Source: an uncultured Alphaproteobacteria bacterium
GTDB lineage: Bacteria > Pseudomonadota > Alphaproteobacteria > Rhizobiales > Xanthobacteraceae
Reading direction: 5' to 3'
Length of the DNA stretch: 64,000 bases
Assembly (NCBI GenBank): GCA_963775545.1
Contig: CAVZJE010000013.1
Span: 313,028-377,027 of the forward strand
Part shown: piece after piece, positions 29,487 through 39,304 of the stretch
How the letters are laid out: every line of letters begins with the position of its first letter
Numbering within the stretch: the first letter of the stretch is position 1
Program-made: the position numbers and the translations under genes
Notes under the pieces: model-generated
Databases searched by the model: none
What the model was told of the DNA's origin: nothing
Seen by the model: only the letters and a program-made list of their open reading frames with translations

Positions 29487-30807
29487 GCTTAACCTCGCCA
29501 TTGCTTGCGACGCCCCAGCTTGTGATCGAGTTGCAATGCTGATTTGGGAAACTAAGTATCGGCGGCGGCTTCGTCAGCTCGCCACGAACGGCGACGAATT
29601 CGGCGCGGGTCGGCTGCACGTTGCCTGCTTCGTCCCATGCCCTGCTCTGTAATGTCGCAGGTCCACCATCCCAGCGCCATGGCATGCGGAAGCGCGTGAA
29701 CGCTTTGCTTAAGACCGGTTCCTGAAGCGCGGCTTGGCCCCAGCTCGTCCCACCATCGGCCGAAACCATCACCTTCTCGATCCGTCCCGCACCGGAATAG
29801 GCGATGCCGGAAATTTCGTAGAGACCCGGCCCCTTCAGCGCCATGCCATGGGAAGGGTTGGCGATGAAGGATTTGACCTCTTGCAGGAAGTAGAAACGAT
29901 AGGCTTTGCCGTCAGGCAGGATCTGCGAATAGGTTCGCGATTCATACATGCTCATCGCGGGCTGTTCGACGACCTTGATACGGCGCAGGAACTTGACGTT
30001 CATGTTGCCCTCATAGCCGGGCAACAGCAGGCGCATCGGATAGCCGTTTCCAGGCATCAGGCGCTCGCCGTTCTGGTAGAGCGCGATCATGGCGTCATCC
30101 ATCGCCTTCTTCACCGGTACGCTGCGGCTTAGATGCGGCGAATCCGCGCCTTCAGCGACCAGCCATTTGGCCTTGGGATCGATCCCGGTCTCCTCCAACA
30201 GCGTCGAAAGCTTGACGCCGGTCCACTCGGCGCAAGAGACGAGACCGTGCAAGGCTTGCACGGTCTCCTGCAACGGCACCGGGGAAAACATCGGCGCGCT
30301 GTTGCCGCCGCATTCGAGGAAGGTCACGCGCGAGACCTGCGGATAGCGGGACAACGTTTCGAGTGAGAATTCCAGCGGCTGCTTCACCAGCCCGTGAATA
30401 ACCAGGCGGTGCTGCTCCGGATCGATGGCCGGGATACCGCCATGATTGATGGTGAAATGCAGTCCGTTCGGGGTGGTCATTCCCTCCAGCAGATGGTGCG
30501 GGGTGCGCGCATGGGAATTGCGCGGCTCATTGTTGGGATTGCTGAGCGTGCGCACCACCTTGGCCTCGAATTTCGACCGCAGTTGGTAAGGCGGCGTCGC
30601 TTCGCCGATCTCAAGGCTCCATGGACCATCGGTGAGCGGCTCGGCGCCGGCGGCCGATGGCGCTATGCCCGTCCCCATGGCGCCCGCCAACATTACGCCA
30701 CGTCCAAGCAGTGCGCGGCGATCGATCAAGCCATTGCCGGCCACGACTTCCAAAGCTTGCTTTCCTGCATCGCGCTTTCCTGCGATGCGATCGGCGGACT
30801 TGTTCAT
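29473..30807 (-). CDS. Sulfite dehydrogenase molybdopterin subunit (SoxC/SorA-type)
   Basis: ORF 29473..31035. ATG 30807 has GGGAGGG upstream. Tat signal RRALLGRGVMLAGAMG, then a sulfite-oxidase-family body (FLECGGNS, GNGYPMRLLLPGYEGNMNVKFLRRI). Confidence 0.85.
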   Translation of the reverse strand: MNKSADRIAGKRDAGKQALEVVAGNGLIDRRALLGRGVMLAGAMGTGIAPSAAGAEPLTDGPWSLEIGEATPPYQLRSKFEAKVVRTLSNPNNEPRNSHARTPHHLLEGMTTPNGLHFTINHGGIPAIDPEQHRLVIHGLVKQPLEFSLETLSRYPQVSRVTFLECGGNSAPMFSPVPLQETVQALHGLVSCAEWTGVKLSTLLEETGIDPKAKWLVAEGADSPHLSRSVPVKKAMDDAMIALYQNGERLMPGNGYPMRLLLPGYEGNMNVKFLRRIKVVEQPAMSMYESRTYSQILPDGKAYRFYFLQEVKSFIANPSHGMALKGPGLYEISGIAYSGAGRIEKVMVSADGGTSWGQAALQEPVLSKAFTRFRMPWRWDGGPATLQSRAWDEAGNVQPTRAEFVAVRGELTKPPPILSFPNQHCNSITSWGVASNGEVKHVYA

Positions 30808-30962
30808 CAACAGCCCTCCCTGACGCCCGCGCGTTTTCAGCCGCCCGGCGCTTGGCAAGCAGGCTAGCCCCTCACATTGCAGGCGTCTATATCCCACCAT
30901 TCGTGACGCGGCGCGAAGAGTTGCCGTTGTTAAGAGCGAGCAATTCGCGGGAGACCAGCACC

Positions 30963-31688
30963 TTGAGTTTTCTTTTCGTCCTCGCCGTCGGCCTCGTTGC
31001 CGGCACGATCTCCGGCATTGTCGGCACCGGATCATCGATCATGCTGATGCCGGTCTTGATCTACCAATACGGACCGAAACAGGCCGTTCCGATCATGGCT
31101 GTCGCGGCCGTGATGTCCAATCTCTCGCGCATCCTCGCCTGGTACCGCGATATCGACTGGCGGGCTTGTGCCGCCTATTCCATTCCCGCAATCCCGGCCG
31201 CAGCACTTGGCGCGCGCACCTTACTGGTGCTGCCATCGCGCATCGTCGATATTTCCATCGCCTTGTTCCTGATCGCGATGGTTCCGGCGCGGCACTGGCT
31301 GGCCACCCATAACTTGAAGCTCACGTTCTGGCATCTTGCCGTCGGCGGCGCGGTAATCGGCTATCTCACAGGTATCGTCGTTTCGACGGGCCCCTTGAGC
31401 GTGCCGCTGTTTGTATTCTACGGCCTGACCAAGGGCGCCTTTCTCGCCACCGAGGCGGCGAGCTCGCTCGGCATGTATGTGAGCAAATCCGTGACCTTTC
31501 AGCGCTTTGGCGCACTGACGCCGGAGATCGCGCTGCAAGGCCTGATCGCCGGCTCCTCGCTGATGTTCGGCGCTTTCATCGCCAAGCGCTTTGTGCTGCA
31601 TTTAAAGCCTGAAGCGTTTCGCCTGCTGATGGACGGCATCATGCTGGTGGCCGGCATTTCCATGCTATGGAATGCGATGCAATCCTAG
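30963..31688 (+). CDS. TauE/SafE family sulfite exporter-like membrane protein
   Basis: ORF 30657..31688. TTG 30963 has GGGAGA 8 nt upstream; GTG 30903 is an alternative. Sequence LSFLFVLAVGLVAGTISGIVGTGSSIML. Divergent from the sulfite dehydrogenase genes. Its TAG stop lies inside repeat locus F. Confidence 0.7.
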   Translation: MSFLFVLAVGLVAGTISGIVGTGSSIMLMPVLIYQYGPKQAVPIMAVAAVMSNLSRILAWYRDIDWRACAAYSIPAIPAAALGARTLLVLPSRIVDISIALFLIAMVPARHWLATHNLKLTFWHLAVGGAVIGYLTGIVVSTGPLSVPLFVFYGLTKGAFLATEAASSLGMYVSKSVTFQRFGALTPEIALQGLIAGSSLMFGAFIAKRFVLHLKPEAFRLLMDGIMLVAGISMLWNAMQS

Positions 31689-31853
31689 TGCCCACTTTCC
31701 GAAGTTCGTGCTCCATCGCTGCACCCACTTCCACGAACTTCGGAAAGTTATGGGCACTAGCAAAACTATTGATTCTAGTGCCGCTTTTCTATTTGAAGTT
31801 CCTGGATCGAATTCGCCACTTGTGGTGCAGGAACTTCAAATAGGCGGCACTAG
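31685..31853. repeat. CTAG-capped hairpin doublet, locus F
   Basis: CTAGTG 31685-31690, with arm CCCACTTTCCGAAGTTCGTG pairing CACGAACTTCGGAAAGTTATGGG, closing CACTAG 31755-31760. Spacer caaaactattgatt. CTAGTG 31775-31780, with arm CCGCTTTTCTATTTGAAGTTCCTG pairing CAGGAACTTCAAATAGGCGG, closing CACTAG 31848-31853. Confidence 0.85.
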
Positions 31854-31874
31854 TAAGCGGTGACAGAAACCTCA

Positions 31875-33329
31875 ATGGCCAAAAACACACTCTCATTCGT
31901 CTGCCAGAACTGCGGCGCGGCGTATAACCGCTGGCAGGGCAAGTGCGAATCCTGCGGCGAGTGGAATACGCTGGTCGAGGAGGATGTCACCGGCGCCACC
32001 ACGATGCCGGCCTCGATCCGCAGCAAGCGCAAGGGCCGGCAGTTTGCGCTGGAGAGCCTCACCGGCAAAAGCCAGGACGCCCCCCGGCTTGCTTCCGGCA
32101 TGGCCGAACTCGACCGCGTCACCGGTGGCGGATTTGTGCGCGGCTCGGTGCTTCTGGTCGGCGGCGATCCCGGCATCGGCAAGTCGACGCTGTTGACGCA
32201 GGCAACCAGCCTGCTGGCCCGCGCCGGCCACCGCGCCGTTTATATCTCCGGTGAGGAGGCCGTGGCGCAGGTGCGGCTGCGCGCCGAACGCCTGGGATTA
32301 GCGGACGCGCCGGTGCAACTGGCCGCGGAGACTTCGGTTGAAGATATCGTCTCAACCCTTTCCGAAGGCGCCGTGCCGCGCCTGATCGTGATCGACTCGA
32401 TCCAGACCATGTGGACCGATACGGTGGAATCCGCGCCGGGCACGGTGACCCAGGTGCGCGCTTCGGCGCAGGCACTCATTCGCTTTGCCAAGAAATCCGG
32501 CGCTGCGATCATTCTGGTCGGCCATGTCACCAAGGACGGCCAGATCGCCGGGCCCCGTGTGGTCGAGCACATGGTGGATGCTGTGCTGTCGTTCGAGGGC
32601 GAAGGCTCGCAGCAGTTCCGGATTCTGAGGGCGGTGAAAAACCGCTTCGGCCCGACCGATGAAATCGGCGTGTTCGAAATGACAGGCCTTGGCCTTCGCG
32701 AAGTCTCCAACCCCTCCGAACTATTCCTGTCCGAGCGCGATCTCGGTAGTCCCGGTACGGCCGTATTCGCGGGCATCGAAGGCACCCGCCCGGTGCTGGT
32801 GGAGTTGCAGGCCTTGGTGGCGCCGACCTCGCTCGGCACGCCGCGCCGCGCCGTGGTCGGCTGGGACCCCAGCCGGCTCTCGATGGTGCTGGCGGTATTG
32901 GAGGCCCATTGCGGGGTCAAACTGTCCGGCCATGATGTCTATCTCAATGTCGCCGGCGGCCTGCGCATTCAGGAACCGGCTGCGGACCTTGCTGCGGCTG
33001 CGGCGCTGGTGTCGTCGCTGGTCAACGCCACGCTGCCTGCGGACGCAGTCTATTTCGGGGAAATTTCGCTCTCCGGCGCGGTCCGGCCGGTGGCCCAGAC
33101 CGCAGCCAGGCTTAAAGAGGCCGCCAAGCTCGGCTTCGGACGTGCGGTTCTGCCTGAATCGGCCCGTGGTGAGGCTGGCGGCGATTCAGGCCTTTCGTTG
33201 AACCCTGTGGGAGGATTAACCAGCCTGGTGGCGGAAATCGCCGCACGTGGGTCCCCCAGAGGGAACAGGGAAAGTGCGACGCCTGAAAAAAATACCACAC
33301 CTGCGAGATTCCGGCGTCAGGATGGCTAG
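31875..33329 (+). CDS. radA: DNA repair protein RadA
   Basis: ORF 31860..33329, start MAKNTLSFVCQNCGAAYNRWQGKCESCGEWNT (zinc finger). Walker A GGDPGIGKST, KNRFG motif, Lon-like C-terminus. Confidence 0.95.
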   Translation: MAKNTLSFVCQNCGAAYNRWQGKCESCGEWNTLVEEDVTGATTMPASIRSKRKGRQFALESLTGKSQDAPRLASGMAELDRVTGGGFVRGSVLLVGGDPGIGKSTLLTQATSLLARAGHRAVYISGEEAVAQVRLRAERLGLADAPVQLAAETSVEDIVSTLSEGAVPRLIVIDSIQTMWTDTVESAPGTVTQVRASAQALIRFAKKSGAAIILVGHVTKDGQIAGPRVVEHMVDAVLSFEGEGSQQFRILRAVKNRFGPTDEIGVFEMTGLGLREVSNPSELFLSERDLGSPGTAVFAGIEGTRPVLVELQALVAPTSLGTPRRAVVGWDPSRLSMVLAVLEAHCGVKLSGHDVYLNVAGGLRIQEPAADLAAAAALVSSLVNATLPADAVYFGEISLSGAVRPVAQTAARLKEAAKLGFGRAVLPESARGEAGGDSGLSLNPVGGLTSLVAEIAARGSPRGNRESATPEKNTTPARFRRQDG

Positions 33330-33476
33330 CCGCAGGTGACGTCCCCCACCCTCGCCGCTATACATCGCCCGCGCGAGGCTGGATGGCGCGATTTCCGGCC
33401 TTGCCGAGTGCCCTATCGGACCGCCAGCCTAAGACGGTGATTCGCGGTTTGAACTAGATGCGGACCTGACAAGCCG

Positions 33477-34106
33477 ATGCCAATTACAATTCTCGATCTC
33501 GTTCTGCTCGGTGTGATGCTGATTTCGGGCCTGCTTGCGATGGTACGCGGCTTCATGCGCGAAATCCTGTCGATCGCCGCCTGGGGCACCGCCGCACTGG
33601 TAACGCTCTATTCCTTCTCCAAGCTGCTGCCGACCGCGAAGACCTATTTCAACAACGATACGGTGGCGAGCATTGTCGTGGTCGCCGGCGTCTTCGTCGG
33701 CACCCTGATCGTGGTTTCCGTGATCACCGTGCGGATCTCCGACATGATCCTGGATTCGCGGATCGGGGCGCTCGACCGGACGCTCGGTTTTCTGTTCGGA
33801 CTGGCGCGCGGCCTGCTTATCGTCGTGGTGGCCTTTCTGTTCTTTACCTGGCTGGTTCCTGACAAGCAGCGGCCGGACTGGGTGACGGGAGCAAAATCCC
33901 GGGTCGTCCTGCAGGGGACCGGGGATTGGCTGATGGCGCTCTTGCCGGATGACCCGGAGAACACCATCTTGAAGAGATTCAAGAAGAATAAACCTGAAGA
34001 TGAGCAAACTGACACCGACCAGGGCGCGCCGGCCTCGGGCGATGGTTACAGCAAGCCTGCCCGCGACAGCCTTAAAAAGCTGATTGAAAAGCCTGCGGCG
34101 CGGTAA
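33477..34106 (+). CDS. cvpA: Colicin V production protein CvpA family membrane protein
   Basis: 209 aa starting MPITILDLVLLGVMLISGLLAMVRGFMREILS. Conserved cvpA-purF pairing. Confidence 0.85.
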   Translation: MPITILDLVLLGVMLISGLLAMVRGFMREILSIAAWGTAALVTLYSFSKLLPTAKTYFNNDTVASIVVVAGVFVGTLIVVSVITVRISDMILDSRIGALDRTLGFLFGLARGLLIVVVAFLFFTWLVPDKQRPDWVTGAKSRVVLQGTGDWLMALLPDDPENTILKRFKKNKPEDEQTDTDQGAPASGDGYSKPARDSLKKLIEKPAAR

Positions 34107-34117
34107 TATCTGAGCGA

Positions 34118-35650
34118 ATGAGAGGCGCGATGGACAGTCAACAGAGCTCTTCCGACGACGCCAAAGCTCCGGGGCCGGACAACGGCCCCCTCTATCTGCA
34201 AGATTCCGACCTGGAAGGCGACACGCTGCGTGAAGAATGCGGCGTGTTCGGCATTTTTGGGCATCCGGAAGCGGCGGCCATCACTGCCCTCGGATTGCAC
34301 GCGCTTCAGCATCGCGGCCAGGAGGCCGCTGGCATCGTCTCATTCGACGGGACCCGGTTCCATTCCGAACGCCGGCTTGGTCTCGTCGGCGACACGTTTT
34401 CCCGGCGCGAGGTGATCGAGCGCCTGCCCGGCAATGCCGCCATCGGCCACGTCCGCTATTCCACCACCGGTGAGACCATCCTGCGCAACGTGCAGCCGCT
34501 GTTCGCCGAGCTCAATGCCGGCGGGTTTGCGGTCGGCCATAACGGCAACCTCACCAACGGGCTGACGCTGCGCCGCGAACTGGTGCGCGGCGGCGCCATG
34601 ATGCAGTCCACCACCGATACCGAGGTCATTCTGCACCTCGTTGCGCAGTCCAAGCGCAACCATTTCATCGACCGTTTCGTCGAGGCGTTGCGGGCGATCG
34701 AGGGCGCCTACTCGCTGGTGTCGCTGACCAACAAGAAGCTGATCGGCGCGCGCGACCCGCTCGGCATCCGGCCGCTGGTGCTTGGCGAATTTGACGGCTG
34801 TCCGATCCTGGCGTCAGAGACCTGCGCGCTCGATATCATCGGCGCCAAATATGTCCGCGACGTCGAACCCGGCGAGGTCGTCGTGTTCGACGAGCGCGGT
34901 GCGCAAAGTCACAAGCCATTCCCGCCGAAGCCGCCCCGGCCCTGCATTTTCGAATACATCTACTTCTCGCGGCCGGATTCCGTCGTCGGCGGACGCTCGG
35001 TGTACGACGTCCGCAAGGCCTTCGGCGCCCAACTGGCGCGCGAGAGCCATGTGCCGGTCGATGTCGTCGTGCCGGTGCCGGATTCCGGCGTACCGGCCGC
35101 CGTCGGCTACAGCCAATTTTCAGGCGTCCCGTTCGAGCTTGGCATCATCCGCAACCACTATGTCGGCCGCACCTTCATCCAGCCGACGCAGAGCATTCGC
35201 GAATCCGGCGTGAAGATGAAGCACAACGCCAACCGGGCCGCCATCGAGGGCAAGCGCATCGTCCTGATCGACGATTCGCTGGTACGCGGCACGACCTCAA
35301 AGAAGATCGTTCGCATGATGCGCGACGCCGGCGCTCGCGAAGTTCACTTCCGCCTCGCTTCGCCGCCGATCGTGTACCCTGATTATTACGGCATCGACCT
35401 GCCTGACCGCGGCGGCCTGCTTGCGGCGACACACAATCTGGAGGAGATGCGCGAACTCATTGGTGCCGATACGCTGGCGTTCCTGACGGTCGACGGTATG
35501 TATCGCGCCATGGGCCTTCCGGGCCGCGATGCCGCCAACCCGAAATTCTCCGACCATTGCTTTACCGGGGTCTATCCGACCAACCTCACCGACCACGACC
35601 AGGTCGAGCCGCAGCCGCGGCAATTGTCGTTGCTGGCAGAGGCAAGTTAG
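34118..35650 (+). CDS. purF: Amidophosphoribosyltransferase
   Basis: 510 aa with the propeptide/catalytic Cys context REECGVFGIFGH, plus DDSLVRGTTSKKIV. Confidence 0.95.
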   Translation: MRGAMDSQQSSSDDAKAPGPDNGPLYLQDSDLEGDTLREECGVFGIFGHPEAAAITALGLHALQHRGQEAAGIVSFDGTRFHSERRLGLVGDTFSRREVIERLPGNAAIGHVRYSTTGETILRNVQPLFAELNAGGFAVGHNGNLTNGLTLRRELVRGGAMMQSTTDTEVILHLVAQSKRNHFIDRFVEALRAIEGAYSLVSLTNKKLIGARDPLGIRPLVLGEFDGCPILASETCALDIIGAKYVRDVEPGEVVVFDERGAQSHKPFPPKPPRPCIFEYIYFSRPDSVVGGRSVYDVRKAFGAQLARESHVPVDVVVPVPDSGVPAAVGYSQFSGVPFELGIIRNHYVGRTFIQPTQSIRESGVKMKHNANRAAIEGKRIVLIDDSLVRGTTSKKIVRMMRDAGAREVHFRLASPPIVYPDYYGIDLPDRGGLLAATHNLEEMRELIGADTLAFLTVDGMYRAMGLPGRDAANPKFSDHCFTGVYPTNLTDHDQVEPQPRQLSLLAEAS

Positions 35651-35651
35651 C

Positions 35652-35777
35652 CGTCGTCCCCGCGCACGCGGGGACCCATAACCACCAGCCATCATTGTCC
35701 AGACAGTGTTGGACATAAGCGTCTTCCCACATCATAACCGTCACGGTGTATGGGTCCCTGCTTCCGCAGGGACGACG
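35652..35777. repeat. 126-bp nested palindromic element (a different family from the CTAG hairpins)
   Basis: Outer arms: CGTCGTCCC 35652-35660 pairs with GGGACGACG 35769-35777. Inner arms: GGGACCCATA 35671-35680 pairs with TATGGGTCCC 35749-35758. Local hairpins: GTCCCCGCG ca CGCGGGGAC (35656-35675), GTCCCTGC ttcc GCAGGGAC (35754-35773), and a central TGTCCA..TGGACA. Confidence 0.7.
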
Positions 35778-35793
35778 TCAGAATCTGTGTGAA

Positions 35794-36534
35794 ATGACCT
35801 TTCCCCTCGCCAACCGCATCGCCCTCGTCACCGGCGCCTCGCGCGGCATCGGTTACGCCACAGCGCGCGCGCTCGCCAAGGCCGGCGCGCATATCGTCGC
35901 CGTGGCGCGGACGCAAGGGGGCTTGGAAGAACTCGACGACGACATCCGAAAGGACGGCGGCAGCGCCACGCTGGTGCCGCTCAACCTGACGGACGTCGAC
36001 GGCATTGCACGGCTTGGCGCGGCACTGCATGAGCGCCACGGCAAGCTCGACATTCTCGTCGGCAATGCCGGCGTGGCCGGTCCCTCTTCGCCGCTCGGCC
36101 ATATCGACATGAAGCCGTGGAACGATGTGATCTTGGTCAACGTATCGGCCAATTTTCAGCTGATCCGCTGCATGGAGCCGCTGCTCAAGAATTCCGACGC
36201 CGGCCGCGCGGTGTTCATCACGTCGGGCGCGGCCAACAAGGCCTCCGCCTACCTCGGCCCCTATGCGGCTTCGAAAGCAGCGCTCGAGGCGTTGGCGCGG
36301 GTGTGGGCCAATGAGACGGTATCGACGCGACTGCGGGTCAACCTGTTCAATCCCGGCCCCCTTCGCACCCGTATGCGTGCGACCGTCTTCCCTGGCGAGG
36401 ATCCGATGACGCTCGACACGCCGGAGCAAGCCGCCGAGTTCATCGTGCCGATGTGCCTGCCGTCATGGAACGAGACGGGCCGTTTCTACGACTACCAGAC
36501 CCGCACGCTGATGAGTTTTCGCAGCCCCGCCTAG
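35794..36534 (+). CDS. SDR family oxidoreductase
   Basis: ORF 35746..36534, start MTFPLANRIALVTGASRGIG at 35794. YAASKAAL catalytic motif. Confidence 0.8.
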   Translation: MTFPLANRIALVTGASRGIGYATARALAKAGAHIVAVARTQGGLEELDDDIRKDGGSATLVPLNLTDVDGIARLGAALHERHGKLDILVGNAGVAGPSSPLGHIDMKPWNDVILVNVSANFQLIRCMEPLLKNSDAGRAVFITSGAANKASAYLGPYAASKAALEALARVWANETVSTRLRVNLFNPGPLRTRMRATVFPGEDPMTLDTPEQAAEFIVPMCLPSWNETGRFYDYQTRTLMSFRSPA

Positions 36535-36545
36535 CCAAAGCTGCG

Positions 36546-37814
36546 CTAGGGTATTTTATCGCCGCGAGACTTCGTTCCGGAGAGCGTGCCGGCTGCAATG
36601 GCGACCGCCAGCACGACCAGCGCGGAGGCGAGGAAGAACGGCGCGCCCGGCAGTTGCATCGGCGCCTGCGCACCGATGAAATAGGCAAAGGTCAGCGTAA
36701 ACAGGAATGGTCCCAACAACTGGGAGACGCTCTGCACGCTCGATGAAGCTCCCTGCAACTGGCCCTGCTCGTCCGCCGCAACTTCTTTGGTCATCAGGGA
36801 CTGGATCGCCGCGCCTGAAACGCCCCACAACGACATCACGGGAATTCCGAGCCAGGACAAAGGCCCGGTAGGGGCAACGGCAAAGATTAGAAAGCCGGCA
36901 GCGCCGCAGACCAGACCCAGCACCAGTGCAAGACGCTCGCCGAAAAGCCGGATGATCGGTCCGATGCCCGCCCCCTGCACCAGCATGGCGCAGATACCGA
37001 CCATCGCCAGGGTGACGCCTACAGTCTTCGAGTCCCAGCCATATCGGTAGGTGGCATAGAGCACAAAGGTCGACGGCAGCACCGCATGCGCCAACTGGGT
37101 GAAGAAATTGACCAGCGATAATCCGGCAAGAATGCGCTTCGAGCGCAACAGATTTAGCGCGCCAATCGGATTGGCGCTTTTCCATCGGAACGGGGCGCGG
37201 CGATCGCGCGGCAGCGATTCCGGCAAGATCAACAGACCATAGATCGTGTTGGCAAAGCTCAGGCCCGCCGCCACCCAAAACGGCAGCCGGGGATCGGCGT
37301 CGCCAAGCAAACCGCCGATCGCTGGACCTATGATGAAGCCGGCGCCGAAAGCAGCGCCCACCTTGCCGAACACCGCGGCCCGCTTTTCAGCAGGCGTGAT
37401 ATCCGCGATGTAGGCGAAAGCAGTTGAAACGCTGGCCGAAGTGATCCCCGAGATCACCCGGCCCACAAACAGCCAGATCAAGGACGGCGCGAGCGCCATC
37501 AGTACGTAATCCAGCCCCAATCCGAAATTCGACAACAGCACCACCGGCCTGCGGCCAAATCGGTCCGACAGGCTGCCGAGAATCGGCGAGAAGAAAAACT
37601 GCATCAACGCCCACGCCGTTCCGAACGCGCCAAAAATACGGGCCGCGCGCGCGGTATCGTTGTCGACGAAGCTCTCGACCAGTTTTGGCAGGATCGGCAT
37701 GATCAAGCCGAGCGCGAACATGTCGAGCAGGATCGTGACGAAGATGAAGGCGACCGCAGCGCCGCGTGCGGGCGCCGCTGCCGGCGGCGTACCGATCGCG
37801 CTCGTATCGCTCAC
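36546..37814 (-). CDS. MFS transporter (TetA/TCR-like)
   Basis: 422 aa, 12-TM pattern, motif [14 protein letters not shown]. Its GTG start overlaps the der stop (GTGA at 37811-37814). Confidence 0.85.
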   Translation of the reverse strand: MSDTSAIGTPPAAAPARGAAVAFIFVTILLDMFALGLIMPILPKLVESFVDNDTARAARIFGAFGTAWALMQFFFSPILGSLSDRFGRRPVVLLSNFGLGLDYVLMALAPSLIWLFVGRVISGITSASVSTAFAYIADITPAEKRAAVFGKVGAAFGAGFIIGPAIGGLLGDADPRLPFWVAAGLSFANTIYGLLILPESLPRDRRAPFRWKSANPIGALNLLRSKRILAGLSLVNFFTQLAHAVLPSTFVLYATYRYGWDSKTVGVTLAMVGICAMLVQGAGIGPIIRLFGERLALVLGLVCGAAGFLIFAVAPTGPLSWLGIPVMSLWGVSGAAIQSLMTKEVAADEQGQLQGASSSVQSVSQLLGPFLFTLTFAYFIGAQAPMQLPGAPFFLASALVVLAVAIAAGTLSGTKSRGDKIP

Positions 37815-39196
37815 GACAGCCGTTTCCGTTTATGCGCAAACGGATTGGCCTTCTCGCGCAGCGAAATTCGCACCGGTGTACCCGGCAATTCAAAATATTC
37901 GCGCAAGGAATTGACGAGGTAACGCAAATAGGATTGCGGTACCGCATCGGCGCGCGAGCAGAACAGCACGAAGCTCGGCGGCCGCGCCTTGGCCTGCGTA
38001 ATGTAATTCAGCTTCAGCCGGCGGCCCGAAACCGCCGGCGGCGGATTGGCGTCCACCGCCTGCTCGAACCAGCGATTAAGCGCAGCCGTCGCCACGCGGC
38101 GATTCCACACGGCATAAGCATCTTCGATCGCGCGCATCAGGTGGTCGATACCCTCGCCCATCAGGCCCGACACCGCAACCAAGGGCGCGCCTCTGACCTG
38201 CGGCAGCAGGCGATCGGCTTCGGCGCGCAGCGCGGAAATCGCGCCCGACTTTGTCTCCACCAGGTCCCATTTATTGACCGCGATCACGAGCGCCCGGCCC
38301 TCGCGCTCGATCAGATCGGCGATGCGCAGGTCCTGTTCCTCGAACTTGTTTTGCGTATCCATCATCAGCACCACGACTTCGGCAAAGCGCACCGCGCGCA
38401 AGGCATCGGCAACCGACAATTTTTCCAGCTTCTCCTCAATACGCGATCGCCGTCGTAACCCGGCGGTATCGAACACACGAAAATCCCGGCCATTCCAGGT
38501 GATTTCCACGGCAATGGAATCGCGCGTGGTCCCGGCCTCGGCGCTGGTCAATAGCCGCTCCTCGCCAAGCAGGCGATTGATCAGCGTGGATTTGCCGGCA
38601 TTCGGACGGCCGACGACCGCGACGCGAATGGGCCGTTTGACCAGATCCTCGTCCGATTCGATAATGTCGTCATCGTCGAACTCTTCGCTCTCCTCTGCAG
38701 GCTCCGGCATCAAAACGCGCAGCGCGTCGTAAAGCTCGCCCATGCCTTCGCCGTGCTCCGCCGAAACCTGGACGGGATCTCCGAGACCCAAGGCGTAGGC
38801 CTCCATCGCACCAATCTCTCCGTGTTTGCCCTCACTCTTGTTGGCCACCAGAATTACCGGCTTGTTGGCCCGGCGCGCATAGTCGGCAAAAGCGCGGTCG
38901 CTGGGCATCAGTCCGGCACGGGCGTCGATCACGAACATCAGCGCATCCGCAAGCCCGATCGCCGCTTCAGTCTGCTCCTGCATCCGCGCGGTCAGCGATC
39001 CCTTCGCGCCCTCATCGAGCCCTGCGGTGTCGATCACGGTGAAACGGAGGTCGCCAAGCCGGGCTTCGCCCTCACGCCGGTCGCGGGTAACCCCCGGCGC
39101 ATCGTCGACCAGCGCTAACTTCTGCCCGACCAGACGGTTGAACAGCGTCGACTTCCCGACGTTAGGCCGGCCGATAATGGCGATCGTAAAGGGCAT
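37811..39196 (-). CDS. der: Ribosome-associated GTPase Der (EngA)
   Basis: ORF 37811..39292, start [20 protein letters not shown] at 39196. Second G domain [14 protein letters not shown] and a KH-like C-terminus. Confidence 0.95.
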   Translation of the reverse strand: MPFTIAIIGRPNVGKSTLFNRLVGQKLALVDDAPGVTRDRREGEARLGDLRFTVIDTAGLDEGAKGSLTARMQEQTEAAIGLADALMFVIDARAGLMPSDRAFADYARRANKPVILVANKSEGKHGEIGAMEAYALGLGDPVQVSAEHGEGMGELYDALRVLMPEPAEESEEFDDDDIIESDEDLVKRPIRVAVVGRPNAGKSTLINRLLGEERLLTSAEAGTTRDSIAVEITWNGRDFRVFDTAGLRRRSRIEEKLEKLSVADALRAVRFAEVVVLMMDTQNKFEEQDLRIADLIEREGRALVIAVNKWDLVETKSGAISALRAEADRLLPQVRGAPLVAVSGLMGEGIDHLMRAIEDAYAVWNRRVATAALNRWFEQAVDANPPPAVSGRRLKLNYITQAKARPPSFVLFCSRADAVPQSYLRYLVNSLREYFELPGTPVRISLREKANPFAHKRKRLS

Positions 39197-39304
39197 CAGC
39201 GACCAGAGATGGGAGAAAGTCGAAAAAGAGCGTATTCTCGCAACAGACAAGGCAGCCGTGCGGGAATAGCCCATCGCTCCGACCGTGAGCAATGAAATAG
39301 GCAG

